Notes: generated by a model not told the origin, from the sequence alone. Positions 10,521-21,216 are shown, counted from the stretch's first letter. The stretch is 40,000 bases of DNA from Deferribacter abyssi (GCF_049472655.1 NZ_JAQNCS010000010.1:45392-85391); one strand, 5' to 3'. Translations and numbers: made by a program.

Positions 10521-10528
10521 GAGTTGTT

Positions 10529-11941
10529 ATGGAAGAATTTAAATATAAAGTGTTAGTTGTGGATGATGAAGATTATGTAAGAGATAGTTTAGATATTATT
10601 TTATCCACAGAAGGATATCAAGTTGTAGGTGTTAGTAGTGGATTTGAAGCATTGGAATTGTTGAAGAAAAATTATTTTGATTTTGTCATTACCGATATTA
10701 AGATGCCAGAAATGGATGGAATTACTCTTCTTCGAAAAATTAGAAAAGGGTATCCAGATTTACCAGTGATTGTTATGACTGGATTTCCTAGCATTGATAG
10801 TGCAATAGAATGTTTGAAAGAAGGTGCTTTTGATTATGTTACAAAACCGTTTAAAGTGGAAGATTTGATAAATAAACTTCAAAAAGCTGATGAAAATAGA
10901 AAGTTGAAGAAAGAAGTGGTAGAACTCAAACAATTATTAAAGATATATGATGCGGGTTTATTTTTCAATAAAACACTAGATCATGAAGAGATTTTAAATG
11001 GAATGGAGAGAATGCTTTTTTCTGATTCACTAATTAGTGGTTGTTTTTTCCATATATTTACAAAAGCATTTAAAAAATCGTATAATCTTAGTGAAGATAT
11101 AAAACATTATCTTGAAAATAGGTTTAGTTTTAAGAATGTTGCAAAACTTTTTTATGGGAAAAATATAATAAATGAGTCTGTGAAAATAAATGGTAAGGAT
11201 GTAAATTTTCTTGTTGTTCCAATGTATTTTGAAAAATTTATTTGGGGGGTTTTTGTACTTGTAAATATTGGTTCAAAGGTATTTGACGTAATACATGAAA
11301 GGATATATTCGATTTTTGTAAATCAATTTTCAATCGCATTGAGGAATTCTTACGCTTATGAAGAATTAGCAAAAGGTTATTTTGAAACTATTAATTCGTT
11401 GGCTGTGGCTGTTGATGCAAAGGATCATTATACGAGAGGGCATTCTGAGAATGTGAAAAATTATTCTTTAATGATAGTGGAAGAGTTTGGTTTTTCTGAT
11501 AATTTTAAAGAGGTCATGACTTATGCAGGATTGTTACACGATATCGGTAAAATAGGGGTTCCGACTCATGTTATTACAAAACCAGACAGATTGACTGATG
11601 AAGAGTTTGAAGAAATGAAAAAACATCCAATTTATGGCAAGGAAATCCTTGATCCAATTGAGTTTTTAGGAGATGTGCCTGATTATATTTTATATCATCA
11701 TGAAAAGCTAGATGGTAGCGGTTACCCTTTTGGATTAACAGCAAATGAAATACCTCTTGGAGCAAAGATTTTACAGGTAGCAGATTCATTTGATGCTATG
11801 ACGACAGATAGAAGTTATAGAAAAAGGAGATCATTAACATGGGCTATGGAAGAGTTGGATAGATGTAGTGGGACTCAGTTTGATAGTGAGATTGTAAAAG
11901 TTTTTAAGTCGGCTATGAAAAAAAGGGGATTTAGATGGTAG
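10529..11941 (+). CDS. Response regulator with HD-GYP domain (probable c-di-GMP phosphodiesterase)
   Basis: REC domain (KVLVVDDE...DFVITDIKMPEMDG...TKPF). HD-GYP motifs HYTRGHSENV, LLHDIGKIGVP and HHEKLDGSGYPFGL. Confidence 0.85.
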   Translation: MEEFKYKVLVVDDEDYVRDSLDIILSTEGYQVVGVSSGFEALELLKKNYFDFVITDIKMPEMDGITLLRKIRKGYPDLPVIVMTGFPSIDSAIECLKEGAFDYVTKPFKVEDLINKLQKADENRKLKKEVVELKQLLKIYDAGLFFNKTLDHEEILNGMERMLFSDSLISGCFFHIFTKAFKKSYNLSEDIKHYLENRFSFKNVAKLFYGKNIINESVKINGKDVNFLVVPMYFEKFIWGVFVLVNIGSKVFDVIHERIYSIFVNQFSIALRNSYAYEELAKGYFETINSLAVAVDAKDHYTRGHSENVKNYSLMIVEEFGFSDNFKEVMTYAGLLHDIGKIGVPTHVITKPDRLTDEEFEEMKKHPIYGKEILDPIEFLGDVPDYILYHHEKLDGSGYPFGLTANEIPLGAKILQVADSFDAMTTDRSYRKRRSLTWAMEELDRCSGTQFDSEIVKVFKSAMKKRGFRW

Positions 11942-12942
11942 ATGTGTTGAGCCATGACTTAATAGAGCTAGGAAATGAAGCGAATAGGATAAAAGAAGAA
12001 AAGTGGGGTAAAAAAGTTTTTTTTATTAAAAATATACATTTAAACTATACAAATATTTGTCTGAATAAATGTAAATTTTGTGCATTTGCAAAAGATGAGG
12101 GGGATGAGGGAAGTTATTCTATGAGTTTAGATCAAATTATAAAATATATTGGTGACAAAGGAGATGATGCAAGGGAAATTCATATAGTTGGAGGATTACA
12201 TCCCCACCACTCTTTTGAATATTATTTGGATATGCTTAAAGCAATTAAAGAACATTATCCTGAAAAAACGGTTAAAGCTTTTAGTGCAGTTGAAATTGAT
12301 TATTTTAGTAAAATAAGTGAGTTGCCAGTAAGCAAAGTTTTAGCAATGCTTAAAAAGGCTGGTCTTGATATGATGCCAGGTGGAGGGGCAGAAATTTTTT
12401 CTAGTTCTGTTAGAAAACAGATTTGTCCAGAAAAAATTTCTGGAGAGAAATGGTTAGAGATTATGGAAATAGCTCATAAAGAAGGAATTAAAAGTAATGC
12501 TACGATGCTATATGGGCATCTGGAAAGTGTGGATGACATATTAGAACACTTAGAGAAATTAAGAACTTTGCAGGAAAAAACAGGAGGATTTGTAGCTTTT
12601 ATACCGCTAAGTTTTCATCCAGAAAATACTTTTTTGAGTTCCATGAAACCATCCACTGGTGTAGAGGATTTAAGAATTATATCTTTATCAAGAATTGTTT
12701 TAGATAATATCCCACATATAAAAGCTTATTGGGTGATGCTAGGTGAAAAGACTGCACAAGTAGCATTGAAATTTGGAGCAGATGATCTTGATGGGACAAT
12801 TGTGAAGGAAAACATTACACACTCTGCAGGTGCTAGAAGTAAGGAAGGGTTAACATTAGACGAATTAGTGTATTTAATAAAATCGGCAAATTTAATTCCT
12901 GTGGAAAGAGATTCTTTTTACAATGAAATCAGAAGTTATTAA
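11935..12942 (+). CDS. Radical SAM enzyme of the MqnE/MqnC (futalosine menaquinone pathway) / CofH type
   Basis: CxxxCxxC cluster NICLNKCKFCAF, followed by HIVGGLHP and MPGGGAEIF...NATMLYGH blocks typical of that subfamily. I cannot separate MqnE from MqnC by eye. Confidence 0.7.
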   Translation: MVDVLSHDLIELGNEANRIKEEKWGKKVFFIKNIHLNYTNICLNKCKFCAFAKDEGDEGSYSMSLDQIIKYIGDKGDDAREIHIVGGLHPHHSFEYYLDMLKAIKEHYPEKTVKAFSAVEIDYFSKISELPVSKVLAMLKKAGLDMMPGGGAEIFSSSVRKQICPEKISGEKWLEIMEIAHKEGIKSNATMLYGHLESVDDILEHLEKLRTLQEKTGGFVAFIPLSFHPENTFLSSMKPSTGVEDLRIISLSRIVLDNIPHIKAYWVMLGEKTAQVALKFGADDLDGTIVKENITHSAGARSKEGLTLDELVYLIKSANLIPVERDSFYNEIRSY

Positions 12943-13738
12943 AGAAGTTGTTTTTGTTAATCCATCTCCAAATATGATTAAATTATCTAGAATTATTAAG
13001 AGAATGGGGTATAAAGTTATTTTTGCATCTACCGATTTGTATTTTCCTTGTTTTTTTGATTCTGCTTATTTATTAAATAATAAAATAACTAAGTTTAGTT
13101 TATTATCAAACGGTAATTCAGATAAAAATGAAATTTACTATTTGTTTAAAAAAAGTCTATATAATAGATTAAAATTTTTTAGATTTAAAAAGAAATTTGG
13201 TTTTGATACTCTTACATTGTTAGAAAAAATAAAGTCTTTCAAAGAATCTCAACCTGTAGAAAAGTCAAAGACACAGAAATTTTCTGATATTCTGAATAAT
13301 GGGAAGAATATCAAAGTGATATTTTCTTATCTTCCTAAACAGGAAATGTTAAGATTAGGTTTTAATGGGAATAATTATAGTATTTATAAAATAGAAGGAG
13401 AGTGGGAATTCATAAGTAACTTTCAAGAGTCTACTTTGTATATTTTGAAAGAAAATGAAATTGAAATTTTTAGATACGAAAACTATATTATTGTTAGGTC
13501 AAAAAATGCTAATTTAGAACAGAGTAAAATTTATAAATATCTAGATAAATATAATCTTGAATTTAGAAAAATTGGACAGATCATAGAAAATGGGAATCCT
13601 TGGGTTGAGAACAAAAAATTAGATGGGAAGCATTTTTTTTATATTAACGATTATAGCATCTTTAATTTTTCTATAAATATTTGGGACGACTGGTATGAAA
13701 AATTAGCGAGGTTTATATGTACAGAAAAGCAGCGGTAA
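12923..13738 (+). CDS. Hypothetical protein (K/N/F-rich, no recognised domain)
   Basis: Long ORF in the operon orientation with no motif I recognise. The start is uncertain because it overlaps the previous gene by 20 nt. Confidence 0.45.
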   Translation: MKSEVIKEVVFVNPSPNMIKLSRIIKRMGYKVIFASTDLYFPCFFDSAYLLNNKITKFSLLSNGNSDKNEIYYLFKKSLYNRLKFFRFKKKFGFDTLTLLEKIKSFKESQPVEKSKTQKFSDILNNGKNIKVIFSYLPKQEMLRLGFNGNNYSIYKIEGEWEFISNFQESTLYILKENEIEIFRYENYIIVRSKNANLEQSKIYKYLDKYNLEFRKIGQIIENGNPWVENKKLDGKHFFYINDYSIFNFSINIWDDWYEKLARFICTEKQR

Positions 13739-14508
13739 AAGGGTATTTTTATCCTGAAAACTCTAATGAACTGATAAGTTTTTTTGAAAATCATACTTAT
13801 GGTGGTGAAAAAATAGATGGGGTTATGGCTTTGGTTCCACATGCTGGCTATATTTATTCAGGAGCTATTGCTGTTAAAACTATTTCTAGATTAAACATAA
13901 AAGATAAGATATTATTATTAGGTCCAAACCATACTGGATTTGGAGAAAAAATTGCTCTTTATCCAGAAGGAGCGTGGGAGACACCGTTTGGTGATGTGGA
14001 TGTTTGTAGCACTTTAAATAATAAACTATTGAATATTTCATATATTAGTGAGGATATAATAGCTCACGTTAGAGAGCATTCTTTAGAAGTAGTATTACCT
14101 ATATTAAAGTATTTTAAAAAGAATTTCAGCTTTTCTGCAATAACTATGATGCCTATGCGGTATGAGGAATGTATAAGTTTAGCTCGAGAAATTTATGAGA
14201 ATATTAAAGATGAAGATGTTCTGATTATAGTGAGTTCTGATTTTAACCATTATGAAAATGCTGAGGTTACAGAGAAAAAAGATATGTTGGCAATTCAACA
14301 GATTTTGAATTTAAATAGTAAGAAATTGTACGATACTGTTTTTGATAATAGTATAAGTATGTGTGGTATCTATCCTTTAATTGTGGGAATGGAGATTGCA
14401 AAGTTATTTAAAGCTGATAATGCATTACTTGTGGAGCATACCCATAGTGGGGTGATAAATAATGAGTTTTCTCAGGTGGTGGGATACGCAGGTATAATAA
14501 TTTATTAA
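13717..14508 (+). CDS. MEMO1-family protein (AmmeMemoRadiSam system protein B type)
   Basis: N-terminus YRKAAVKGYFYPEN followed by LVPHAGYIYSGAIA, and SSDFNHYE later in the protein. Confidence 0.8.
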   Translation: MYRKAAVKGYFYPENSNELISFFENHTYGGEKIDGVMALVPHAGYIYSGAIAVKTISRLNIKDKILLLGPNHTGFGEKIALYPEGAWETPFGDVDVCSTLNNKLLNISYISEDIIAHVREHSLEVVLPILKYFKKNFSFSAITMMPMRYEECISLAREIYENIKDEDVLIIVSSDFNHYENAEVTEKKDMLAIQQILNLNSKKLYDTVFDNSISMCGIYPLIVGMEIAKLFKADNALLVEHTHSGVINNEFSQVVGYAGIIIY

Positions 14509-14518
14509 GGGGGAATAA

Positions 14519-15385
14519 ATGAAGAAAATAAGAAAAGCAATATTACCTGTTGCAGGGTTTGGGACAAGGATGTTACCAGCTTCTAAAGCTATACCTAAAG
14601 AAATGATTACTCTTGTTGATAAGCCACTTATCCAGTATGCAGTGGAGGAGGCTGTTAATTCTGGTATTGAAACTATAATATTTGTTACATCAAGGCATAA
14701 GAAGTCTATTGAGGATCATTTTGATAGATTTGTTGATCTTGAACAAGCTTTGAATAGGACTGGAAAAGAGGAAGAGCTGAACAAGATTATGTACCTTGCT
14801 AATTGCTGTGAGTTTATTTCTGTAAGACAAAAGGAACAGAATGGGCTGGGGGATGCAGTTTACTGTGCTAAAAGTATTGTGGGGGATGAACCTTTTGCAG
14901 TAATTTTACCAGATGACGTAATTTTAAGTAAAGAACCAGTGATTGGTCAGCTTGTTGAGCAATATAATGAAGTTGGAGGGAGTGTAATAGCTTTACAGGA
15001 AGTTGCGTATGAAAATACGTCAAAATACGGCATTGTATCTATTGAAGAAGAAGTAAAAGATAGGCTCTATAAGCTTAATGATATGATTGAGAAACCTGAA
15101 AAAAATCCTCCTTCAAACTTTGCAATTATTGGTAGATATATTTTAACGACCTCAGTAATGGAAAATATTGGGAACATTGAATGTGGGGCATTAGGTGAAA
15201 TACAGTTAACGGATGCCATAAGGGCAGAAGCTACAAAAGGTTTTGTTTATGGTTATAAGTTTAAAGGTGAAAGATTTGACTGTGGTAATGTAAGGGGTTA
15301 TATAGAAGCAACACTTAATTTTGCATTAGAAAGAGATGATTTGAGAGATTATGTGGTAGAGCTAATAAAAAATAAGTTCATATGA
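14519..15385 (+). CDS. galU: UTP--glucose-1-phosphate uridylyltransferase
   Basis: Motifs KAILPVAGFGTRMLPASKAIPKEM..VDKPLIQYAVEEA, LGDAV and VEKP-like MIEKPEKN. Confidence 0.9.
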   Translation: MKKIRKAILPVAGFGTRMLPASKAIPKEMITLVDKPLIQYAVEEAVNSGIETIIFVTSRHKKSIEDHFDRFVDLEQALNRTGKEEELNKIMYLANCCEFISVRQKEQNGLGDAVYCAKSIVGDEPFAVILPDDVILSKEPVIGQLVEQYNEVGGSVIALQEVAYENTSKYGIVSIEEEVKDRLYKLNDMIEKPEKNPPSNFAIIGRYILTTSVMENIGNIECGALGEIQLTDAIRAEATKGFVYGYKFKGERFDCGNVRGYIEATLNFALERDDLRDYVVELIKNKFI

Positions 15386-15395
15386 GGAAATTTAA

Positions 15396-15815
15396 ATGAG
15401 CAATGATCCTTTGACAAGGTTTAAATTAATTCATGGTTTTTTAAGTAGAGAACTAAATGACATGTTTGAGTTGTTAGATAGGGTTTTAAGTAAAAAGTCT
15501 TTATTTGAAAGTAACTACCCTCTCATGGATGTTTTTGTTTATGATGATGCAATTAGAGTTTTGGTGGATTTGCCTGGTGTTAGACTTGAGGATTTTAAGG
15601 TATATTTATATGAAAATAATCTGATTTTAGAGGGGTATAAATCAGATATCAAACATGACAATAAAAAAGTAACATATTTTCGTATGGAGAGGGATTTTTT
15701 CCCTTTTAGACGAGCGATATCTTTACCTGAAGATATTGATAAAGATAATGTTAAGGCAGCATTAAAAGATGGTGTTTTAGAAATTATTATTAATAGATTG
15801 AAGAGGGAGGAATAA
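15396..15815 (+). CDS. Small heat-shock protein (Hsp20/alpha-crystallin)
   Basis: 139 aa with an alpha-crystallin-like core ([21 protein letters not shown]...[27 protein letters not shown]). Confidence 0.85.
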   Translation: MSNDPLTRFKLIHGFLSRELNDMFELLDRVLSKKSLFESNYPLMDVFVYDDAIRVLVDLPGVRLEDFKVYLYENNLILEGYKSDIKHDNKKVTYFRMERDFFPFRRAISLPEDIDKDNVKAALKDGVLEIIINRLKREE

Positions 15816-18148
15816 TGGAAAACTTAGAACATGAAATAAATATTCCGGAAGAGTTACCTTTATTACCTTTGAGGGATATCGTTATATTTCCTTATATGGT
15901 TTTACCTCTCTTTGTTGGTAGAGAATCAAGTATTGCAGCCATAGATGATGCTTTAAATAAAGATAGATTGATATTTTTAGCAGCTCAAAAAGAAGCAATG
16001 GTTGAATCTCCAAAAGAGGATGACATCTACAAAGTAGGCTGTGTTGCAATGATTTTAAGAATGTTAAAGCTACCTGATGGCAGAGTTAAAATTCTCGTTC
16101 AAGGGTTAAAAAGAGGGAAAATAGAAGAGTATATTGCAAAGGAGCCTTATTTTAAGGTTAAAGTTAAGCCCATAAGTGAGATTGAAGTAGAAAAAGATTT
16201 GAATGTAGAAGCATTGACTAGGTATGTGAAAGAACAAATTGGGAGAGCTGTTAATCTTGGTAAACCAATGCTTCCGGATTTACTTGCTATTATTGATAGT
16301 ATAGATGATCCAGGAAAGCTTGCTGATGTAATTGTAGCTAATATTGGTTTGAAAATAAAAGAAGCTCAAGAAGTTTTAGAAATACAAAATCCAGTAGAAC
16401 GTTTGAAAAAAGTTTCCGATTTCTTAAATAGAGAGATTGCAATATTAGAGGTTCAACAAAAAATTCTAAATGAAGCAAAAGGAGAAATTGATAAGAGCCA
16501 ACGTGAATATTTCTTAAAAGAACAGCTAAAAGCTATCAGGAAAGAACTTGGTGAAGAAGATGATTTTCAAAAAGAAATAGAAGAGTTTAAAAAGGGTATC
16601 AAAAAAGCTAGGATGCCTAAAAAGGTTAGAGAAGAGGCTGAAAAACAACTTGATAGATTGTCAAAAATGCATCCCGATTCTGCTGAAGCAACTGTTGTAA
16701 GAACTTATCTAGAGTGGCTTGTGGAATTACCTTGGAGCAAAAGTAGTAAAGATAAGTTGGATTTAAAACATGCAAAACAAATACTTGATGAGGATCATTA
16801 TGGATTAAAGGAAGTAAAAGAGAGAATTTTGGAATTTTTAGCTGTTCGAAAACTCAATCCTAACATGAAAAGCCCTATACTTTGTTTTGTAGGACCTCCG
16901 GGTGTAGGTAAGACTTCATTAGGCAAATCTATTGCAAGAGCAATGGGTAGGAAGTTTTATAGAATCTCTCTTGGAGGAATGAGAGATGAGGCCGAGATAA
17001 GGGGGCATAGGAGGACCTATATTGGGGCGATGCCAGGTAAAATTATTCAAGGTATAAAGAATTGTGGTACGAATAATCCCGTTTTTATGCTTGATGAAAT
17101 AGATAAAATAGGAATGGATTTTAGAGGAGATCCTTCTTCTGCATTACTTGAGGTTTTGGATCCTGAACAAAATTACGCTTTTGTGGATCACTATATTGGT
17201 GTGCCATTTGATCTATCAAAAGTACTATTTATAACAACTGCTAATTATTTGGATCCTATTCCACCAGCGTTAAAAGACAGAATGGAAATAATATATTTGC
17301 ATGGTTATACAGAAGAAGAGAAAATAAAAATTGCTAAAAAATATTTAATCCCACGTCAAGTTGTTGAGAATGGATTAAAACCAGAACAGATTAAGTTTAC
17401 GAGGGTAGCTGTAGATAAAATAATTTCTGGATATACAAGAGAATCTGGCCTAAGAAATCTTGAAAGATTGATAGGAAAGGTTTGTAGGAAAGCTGCAAAA
17501 CAGTATGCTGAGGGGAAAAAAGAAAAATTTCTAATTACAGAAACAGTTTTACAAAAATATCTCGGACCAGTCAGGTATTTATCTGAAGATGAGTTGAAAG
17601 AAAATGAAATCGGTATAGTAACAGGGCTTGCCTGGACTCCATTTGGTGGAGAAATACTGTTTGTTGAATGTACAAAGTATAAAGGTAAAGGCAACCTTAT
17701 TCTTACAGGACAGTTGGGCGATGTTATGAAAGAATCTGCAAGAGCAGCTTTGACCTACGTTAGGTCTATTGCTTCAATACATGGAATAGATGAAGCAATA
17801 TTTGATCAATATGATATACATATTCATGTACCTGCTGGTGCAATACCAAAAGATGGTCCTTCTGCTGGTATAACAATGGCTACGGCTATTTACTCTGTGT
17901 TTAAAGAAGTAAAGGCTAAAAAAGATGTTGCGTTAACAGGTGAAATTACTATTACTGGTAAAGTGTTACCTATAGGTGGGTTAAAGGAAAAGCTTTTGGC
18001 GGCAAAAAGACATAATATTAAAACAGTAATATTACCTAAAAAAAATGAAAAAGATTTGGTGGAGTTGCCTAAAGATATAAGAAAATCTTTAAAAATGGTA
18101 TTTGTGGAAAAGTTTGATGATGTTTTAAAAGTTGCAGTTGAAGAATGA
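15815..18148 (+). CDS. lon: ATP-dependent Lon protease
   Basis: LON N-domain [16 protein letters not shown], Walker [16 protein letters not shown] and the catalytic serine context [13 protein letters not shown]. Confidence 0.95.
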   Translation: MENLEHEINIPEELPLLPLRDIVIFPYMVLPLFVGRESSIAAIDDALNKDRLIFLAAQKEAMVESPKEDDIYKVGCVAMILRMLKLPDGRVKILVQGLKRGKIEEYIAKEPYFKVKVKPISEIEVEKDLNVEALTRYVKEQIGRAVNLGKPMLPDLLAIIDSIDDPGKLADVIVANIGLKIKEAQEVLEIQNPVERLKKVSDFLNREIAILEVQQKILNEAKGEIDKSQREYFLKEQLKAIRKELGEEDDFQKEIEEFKKGIKKARMPKKVREEAEKQLDRLSKMHPDSAEATVVRTYLEWLVELPWSKSSKDKLDLKHAKQILDEDHYGLKEVKERILEFLAVRKLNPNMKSPILCFVGPPGVGKTSLGKSIARAMGRKFYRISLGGMRDEAEIRGHRRTYIGAMPGKIIQGIKNCGTNNPVFMLDEIDKIGMDFRGDPSSALLEVLDPEQNYAFVDHYIGVPFDLSKVLFITTANYLDPIPPALKDRMEIIYLHGYTEEEKIKIAKKYLIPRQVVENGLKPEQIKFTRVAVDKIISGYTRESGLRNLERLIGKVCRKAAKQYAEGKKEKFLITETVLQKYLGPVRYLSEDELKENEIGIVTGLAWTPFGGEILFVECTKYKGKGNLILTGQLGDVMKESARAALTYVRSIASIHGIDEAIFDQYDIHIHVPAGAIPKDGPSAGITMATAIYSVFKEVKAKKDVALTGEITITGKVLPIGGLKEKLLAAKRHNIKTVILPKKNEKDLVELPKDIRKSLKMVFVEKFDDVLKVAVEE

Positions 18149-18177
18149 TATTATAAATGATTTTTTAAGAGGGAAAT

Positions 18178-18606
18178 ATTAGATTTCGTGATAAAATTAA
18201 GAGGCTGTTAGAAATAGATAGATCAGCTAATGTAGTTGCGTTATCTGCCGCTATTGGTACATTTATAGGGTTTTCCCCTTATTTTGGATTTCATACTGTC
18301 ATGGGCATAGCTGTTTCTTATATTTTTAATTTACCTATCTATCCTGTTATTTTAGGTGCTTATATTACTAACCCGATCACTGTTTTGTTTATTTATGCTT
18401 TTTGTTATAAAGTAGGATTAATTTTAACCGATATAAAGGTTAATATATCAATAGATTGGAAGCATTTGACTTTTCAGGATATGTTTAATAATGTAAAAGA
18501 AGTTTTTATACCTTTTTTTGTAGGAACTCATGTTGTAGGAATAATTGCAGCTTTTATTGTATATATAATTATTTTCTATATAGTGAAAAAATATAAAAAT
18601 AGATGA
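18178..18606 (+). CDS. DUF2062-type membrane protein; start codon unresolved (possible ATT)
   Basis: The in-frame upstream extension (open from 18169) encodes the conserved-looking SANVVALSAAIGTFIGFSPYFGFHT. This extension contains no ATG/GTG/TTG. AGAGGG lies 4 nt before ATT 18178. Confidence 0.55.
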   Translation: MRFRDKIKRLLEIDRSANVVALSAAIGTFIGFSPYFGFHTVMGIAVSYIFNLPIYPVILGAYITNPITVLFIYAFCYKVGLILTDIKVNISIDWKHLTFQDMFNNVKEVFIPFFVGTHVVGIIAAFIVYIIIFYIVKKYKNR

Positions 18607-18610
18607 TAAA

Positions 18611-19495
18611 ATGGCTAAAATTATATCTGTAGCTAGTGGAAAAGGTGGCGTTGGCAAAAGTTTTTTTTCTGCAAATCTTGCTGTTTCCTTAAAAGAAAAA
18701 GGGAAAAAGGTTTTGTTGGTTGATGGAGATTTGGGAGGTGCTAATCTTCACAATTTTGTTGGTTTAAAAACTACAGGGGTAGGAATTTATAACTTTTTAA
18801 AAGAAAAATATAGCTTGGAAGATATAATTATAGATTCTCCTGCTGGAGTAAAGTTTATTGGAGGCGCCAGCGATATACTTGGTATGGCACATATATCAAA
18901 TTATGAAAAACTAAAAATTATTAATCAATTGAAGAGGACGAACTTTGATTATGTTATATTGGACTTGGGAGCTGGTACAAGCTATAATATGTTGGATTTT
19001 TTTAATTATTCAGAGAAGAAAGTTGTTATTATGAACAGTGAACCAACATCTATTGAGAATTCTTATGGTTTCATAAAAATCGCTTTATATCGTTTGATTG
19101 AAAGAAGCTTGAAAGGTAATCCTTTGCTAGAAAAAGTATTAAAACGATTAAGAAGTAGAAGTATGAATTACAAGAAAATTACTGATATAATTGACGATCT
19201 AAAAGTTTATGATTCTAAATCAATTCCTAGTGTTATGAATATAATAAATAGTTATAAAGTAGGACTGATTTTAAATATGCTAAAATTTAAGAAGGAATTA
19301 AATGTTTTTTATGGTTTTGAGAATGTGGCTAATAAATATCTTGGGATTAAAGTTGAAAAGCTTGGATTTATACCATATGATATAAGTATACCAGAAAGTT
19401 TAAAAAGGTTAGAATGTTATTATAATAGCACAGATGAAAAATTTATAAATGAGTGTATTGATGATATTGCAAATAATATTTTGAAAAAATTGTGA
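18611..19495 (+). CDS. MinD/ParA-family P-loop ATPase (FlhG/ParC-like)
   Basis: Deviant Walker A SGKGGVGKS followed by LLVDGDLGGANLH. It is adjacent to a chemotaxis gene. Confidence 0.8.
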   Translation: MAKIISVASGKGGVGKSFFSANLAVSLKEKGKKVLLVDGDLGGANLHNFVGLKTTGVGIYNFLKEKYSLEDIIIDSPAGVKFIGGASDILGMAHISNYEKLKIINQLKRTNFDYVILDLGAGTSYNMLDFFNYSEKKVVIMNSEPTSIENSYGFIKIALYRLIERSLKGNPLLEKVLKRLRSRSMNYKKITDIIDDLKVYDSKSIPSVMNIINSYKVGLILNMLKFKKELNVFYGFENVANKYLGIKVEKLGFIPYDISIPESLKRLECYYNSTDEKFINECIDDIANNILKKL

Positions 19496-19503
19496 GGTGT
19501 AAA

Positions 19504-21186
19504 ATGTGTCCTGAACAGGTAAGTCAAAATGAATTTGAAGATATTATAAAAGAAGAGGATATTATACAGCTTGTTGGTTTTAAGCTTGGTGATGAGGAGT
19601 ATGCTATAGATATATTAAAAGTTCAAGAGATAATAAGAATGGTTGAGATTACATCTGTACCAAGGGTGGATCATTTTGTTCTTGGAGTGATGAACTTAAG
19701 GGGAAAGGTGATTCCTGTTGTGGATTTAAGACTTAGGTTTAATCTTGAGAAAAGTGATTTTGATAAGAATACGAGGATTATTGTAGTAACGTTTGAAAAA
19801 GAAAGTATTGGGTTTGTTGTAGATGAAGTTACTGAAGTTATGAGGATTACGAAAAGTATTGTGGAACCTACTCCACCTTTAGTAGGGTCTGTTGGACAAG
19901 AATATATTCTAGGTATTTGTAAGTATAATGAGCGACTGATAATATTACTTGATATTGATAGAGTTATTTTTGGAGAAGGGAAATATGACGATAGTGATTT
20001 AAAGAAAAGGTTTTTAGCTAAGTCTGATACTATAGATTCTTCTCAGTTAATTGAATCGGATAGGGAAGTTGATGAGGATGTTATAAATACTAATAAGGTA
20101 GATATGAACGTAGAAGAGGTGATTGAACAACAGGAGAAAGAAACAGAATTATATCATATGAGTGAAAATATGGCTGGTATGGATATGGGTTCAGATAAGT
20201 CAGAAGCGGAAGTTACATCTCAGCAGACAAAAGATCTTGATGATATAGATGTTTTGATTGCACAGGAGTTAGCTAAGCGCGAGAAGGAAACTGAAGAGCT
20301 GATTAAAAAGAGAAAAACAAGATTACCTGATGCTCAAGAGGTTCTAGAGGATGCTTTAAAACAAAGTGAAGAAGTGTTGGGTAATGAAGAAGAACATATC
20401 TCTCAAGATGACCTTGATGCATTGATTGCGAAAGAATTAGCCAAAAGAGAAAAAGAAACAGAAGAGTTAATAAAAAGAAGAAAAGAAAAAAAAAAATTAA
20501 ATGATGAAGATGATAGTAAAAATTATGTTGCTATTGAGTCTAATGATTATGTAGAGAAGAAATCAGTTTCTGTAAATTCAGATCCAATAGTAATTGAAAG
20601 AGATTCTTTAGAAGAGCTAAAAACTATAGCTGAGAAAATCATTAATGGTGAGACTGCAGAACTTGATATAGATATAAAAGGTGAAATAGGCGAGTTGTTA
20701 AAATTACTTGTGGAAACTAAGAGAAGGTTGGATGTAGTAGAACCTACAGTAGATGATTCGTTTAAAAAGATACCCTCTGTCAAAGATTCTCTTGGTGATG
20801 TAACCGAAAGGGCTGAAAATGCTGCATTTGATCTGATGAACAATGTTGAGAAAATGCTATCGGTTTACAAATCTATAGAGGATGACTTAAATGATTTGGA
20901 GAAGAATATTTATAGTGCTGATAAGAATTCCGCACTTTCCCAAATTGAAATTATTGAAAAAAGATTATCTGAGCTTGATAACATGGGATTTGAAATGTTA
21001 AATTCTCTTGAGTTTCAGGATATTACAGAACAGAAAATAAGAAAGGTTATAAATTATACTGAAGAAATCGGTGCTAAGTTTGGTGCTATTCTAGGATATA
21101 TGAAAGTAAAACAGATGCAAGGTGAACAGTTTAATGTGAGTCAGGAAGAGGTAGATAAATTGTTAAGTGATTTTGGGTTGAATTAG
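19504..21186 (+). CDS. CheW-domain protein fused to a CheZ-like phosphatase C-terminus
   Basis: The N-terminal CheW fold reads LVGFKLGDEEYAIDILKVQEIIR...VMNLRGKVIPVVDLR...IGFVVDEV. The C-terminus has EFQDITEQKIRKV (compare the CheZ FQDLTGQ catalytic motif). It ends EEVDKLLSDFGLN (compare the CheZ CheY-binding tail DDLLDSLGF). Confidence 0.7.
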   Translation: MCPEQVSQNEFEDIIKEEDIIQLVGFKLGDEEYAIDILKVQEIIRMVEITSVPRVDHFVLGVMNLRGKVIPVVDLRLRFNLEKSDFDKNTRIIVVTFEKESIGFVVDEVTEVMRITKSIVEPTPPLVGSVGQEYILGICKYNERLIILLDIDRVIFGEGKYDDSDLKKRFLAKSDTIDSSQLIESDREVDEDVINTNKVDMNVEEVIEQQEKETELYHMSENMAGMDMGSDKSEAEVTSQQTKDLDDIDVLIAQELAKREKETEELIKKRKTRLPDAQEVLEDALKQSEEVLGNEEEHISQDDLDALIAKELAKREKETEELIKRRKEKKKLNDEDDSKNYVAIESNDYVEKKSVSVNSDPIVIERDSLEELKTIAEKIINGETAELDIDIKGEIGELLKLLVETKRRLDVVEPTVDDSFKKIPSVKDSLGDVTERAENAAFDLMNNVEKMLSVYKSIEDDLNDLEKNIYSADKNSALSQIEIIEKRLSELDNMGFEMLNSLEFQDITEQKIRKVINYTEEIGAKFGAILGYMKVKQMQGEQFNVSQEEVDKLLSDFGLN

Positions 21187-21216
21187 CAGTTTTTTTTAGC
21201 TATTAATAGTGCATAT

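Noticed and set aside
540-20843. Minus-strand ORFs inside host genes: 540-785, 1194-1460, 3015-3257, 5959-6222, 6956-7384, 8007-8252, 9858-10151, 11574-11789, 17356-17694, 18448-18657 and 20547-20843.
   Set aside because: Each lies entirely antisense within a well-supported conserved gene. They have Ser/Phe/Ile/Leu-rich shadow-frame composition and lack an SD.
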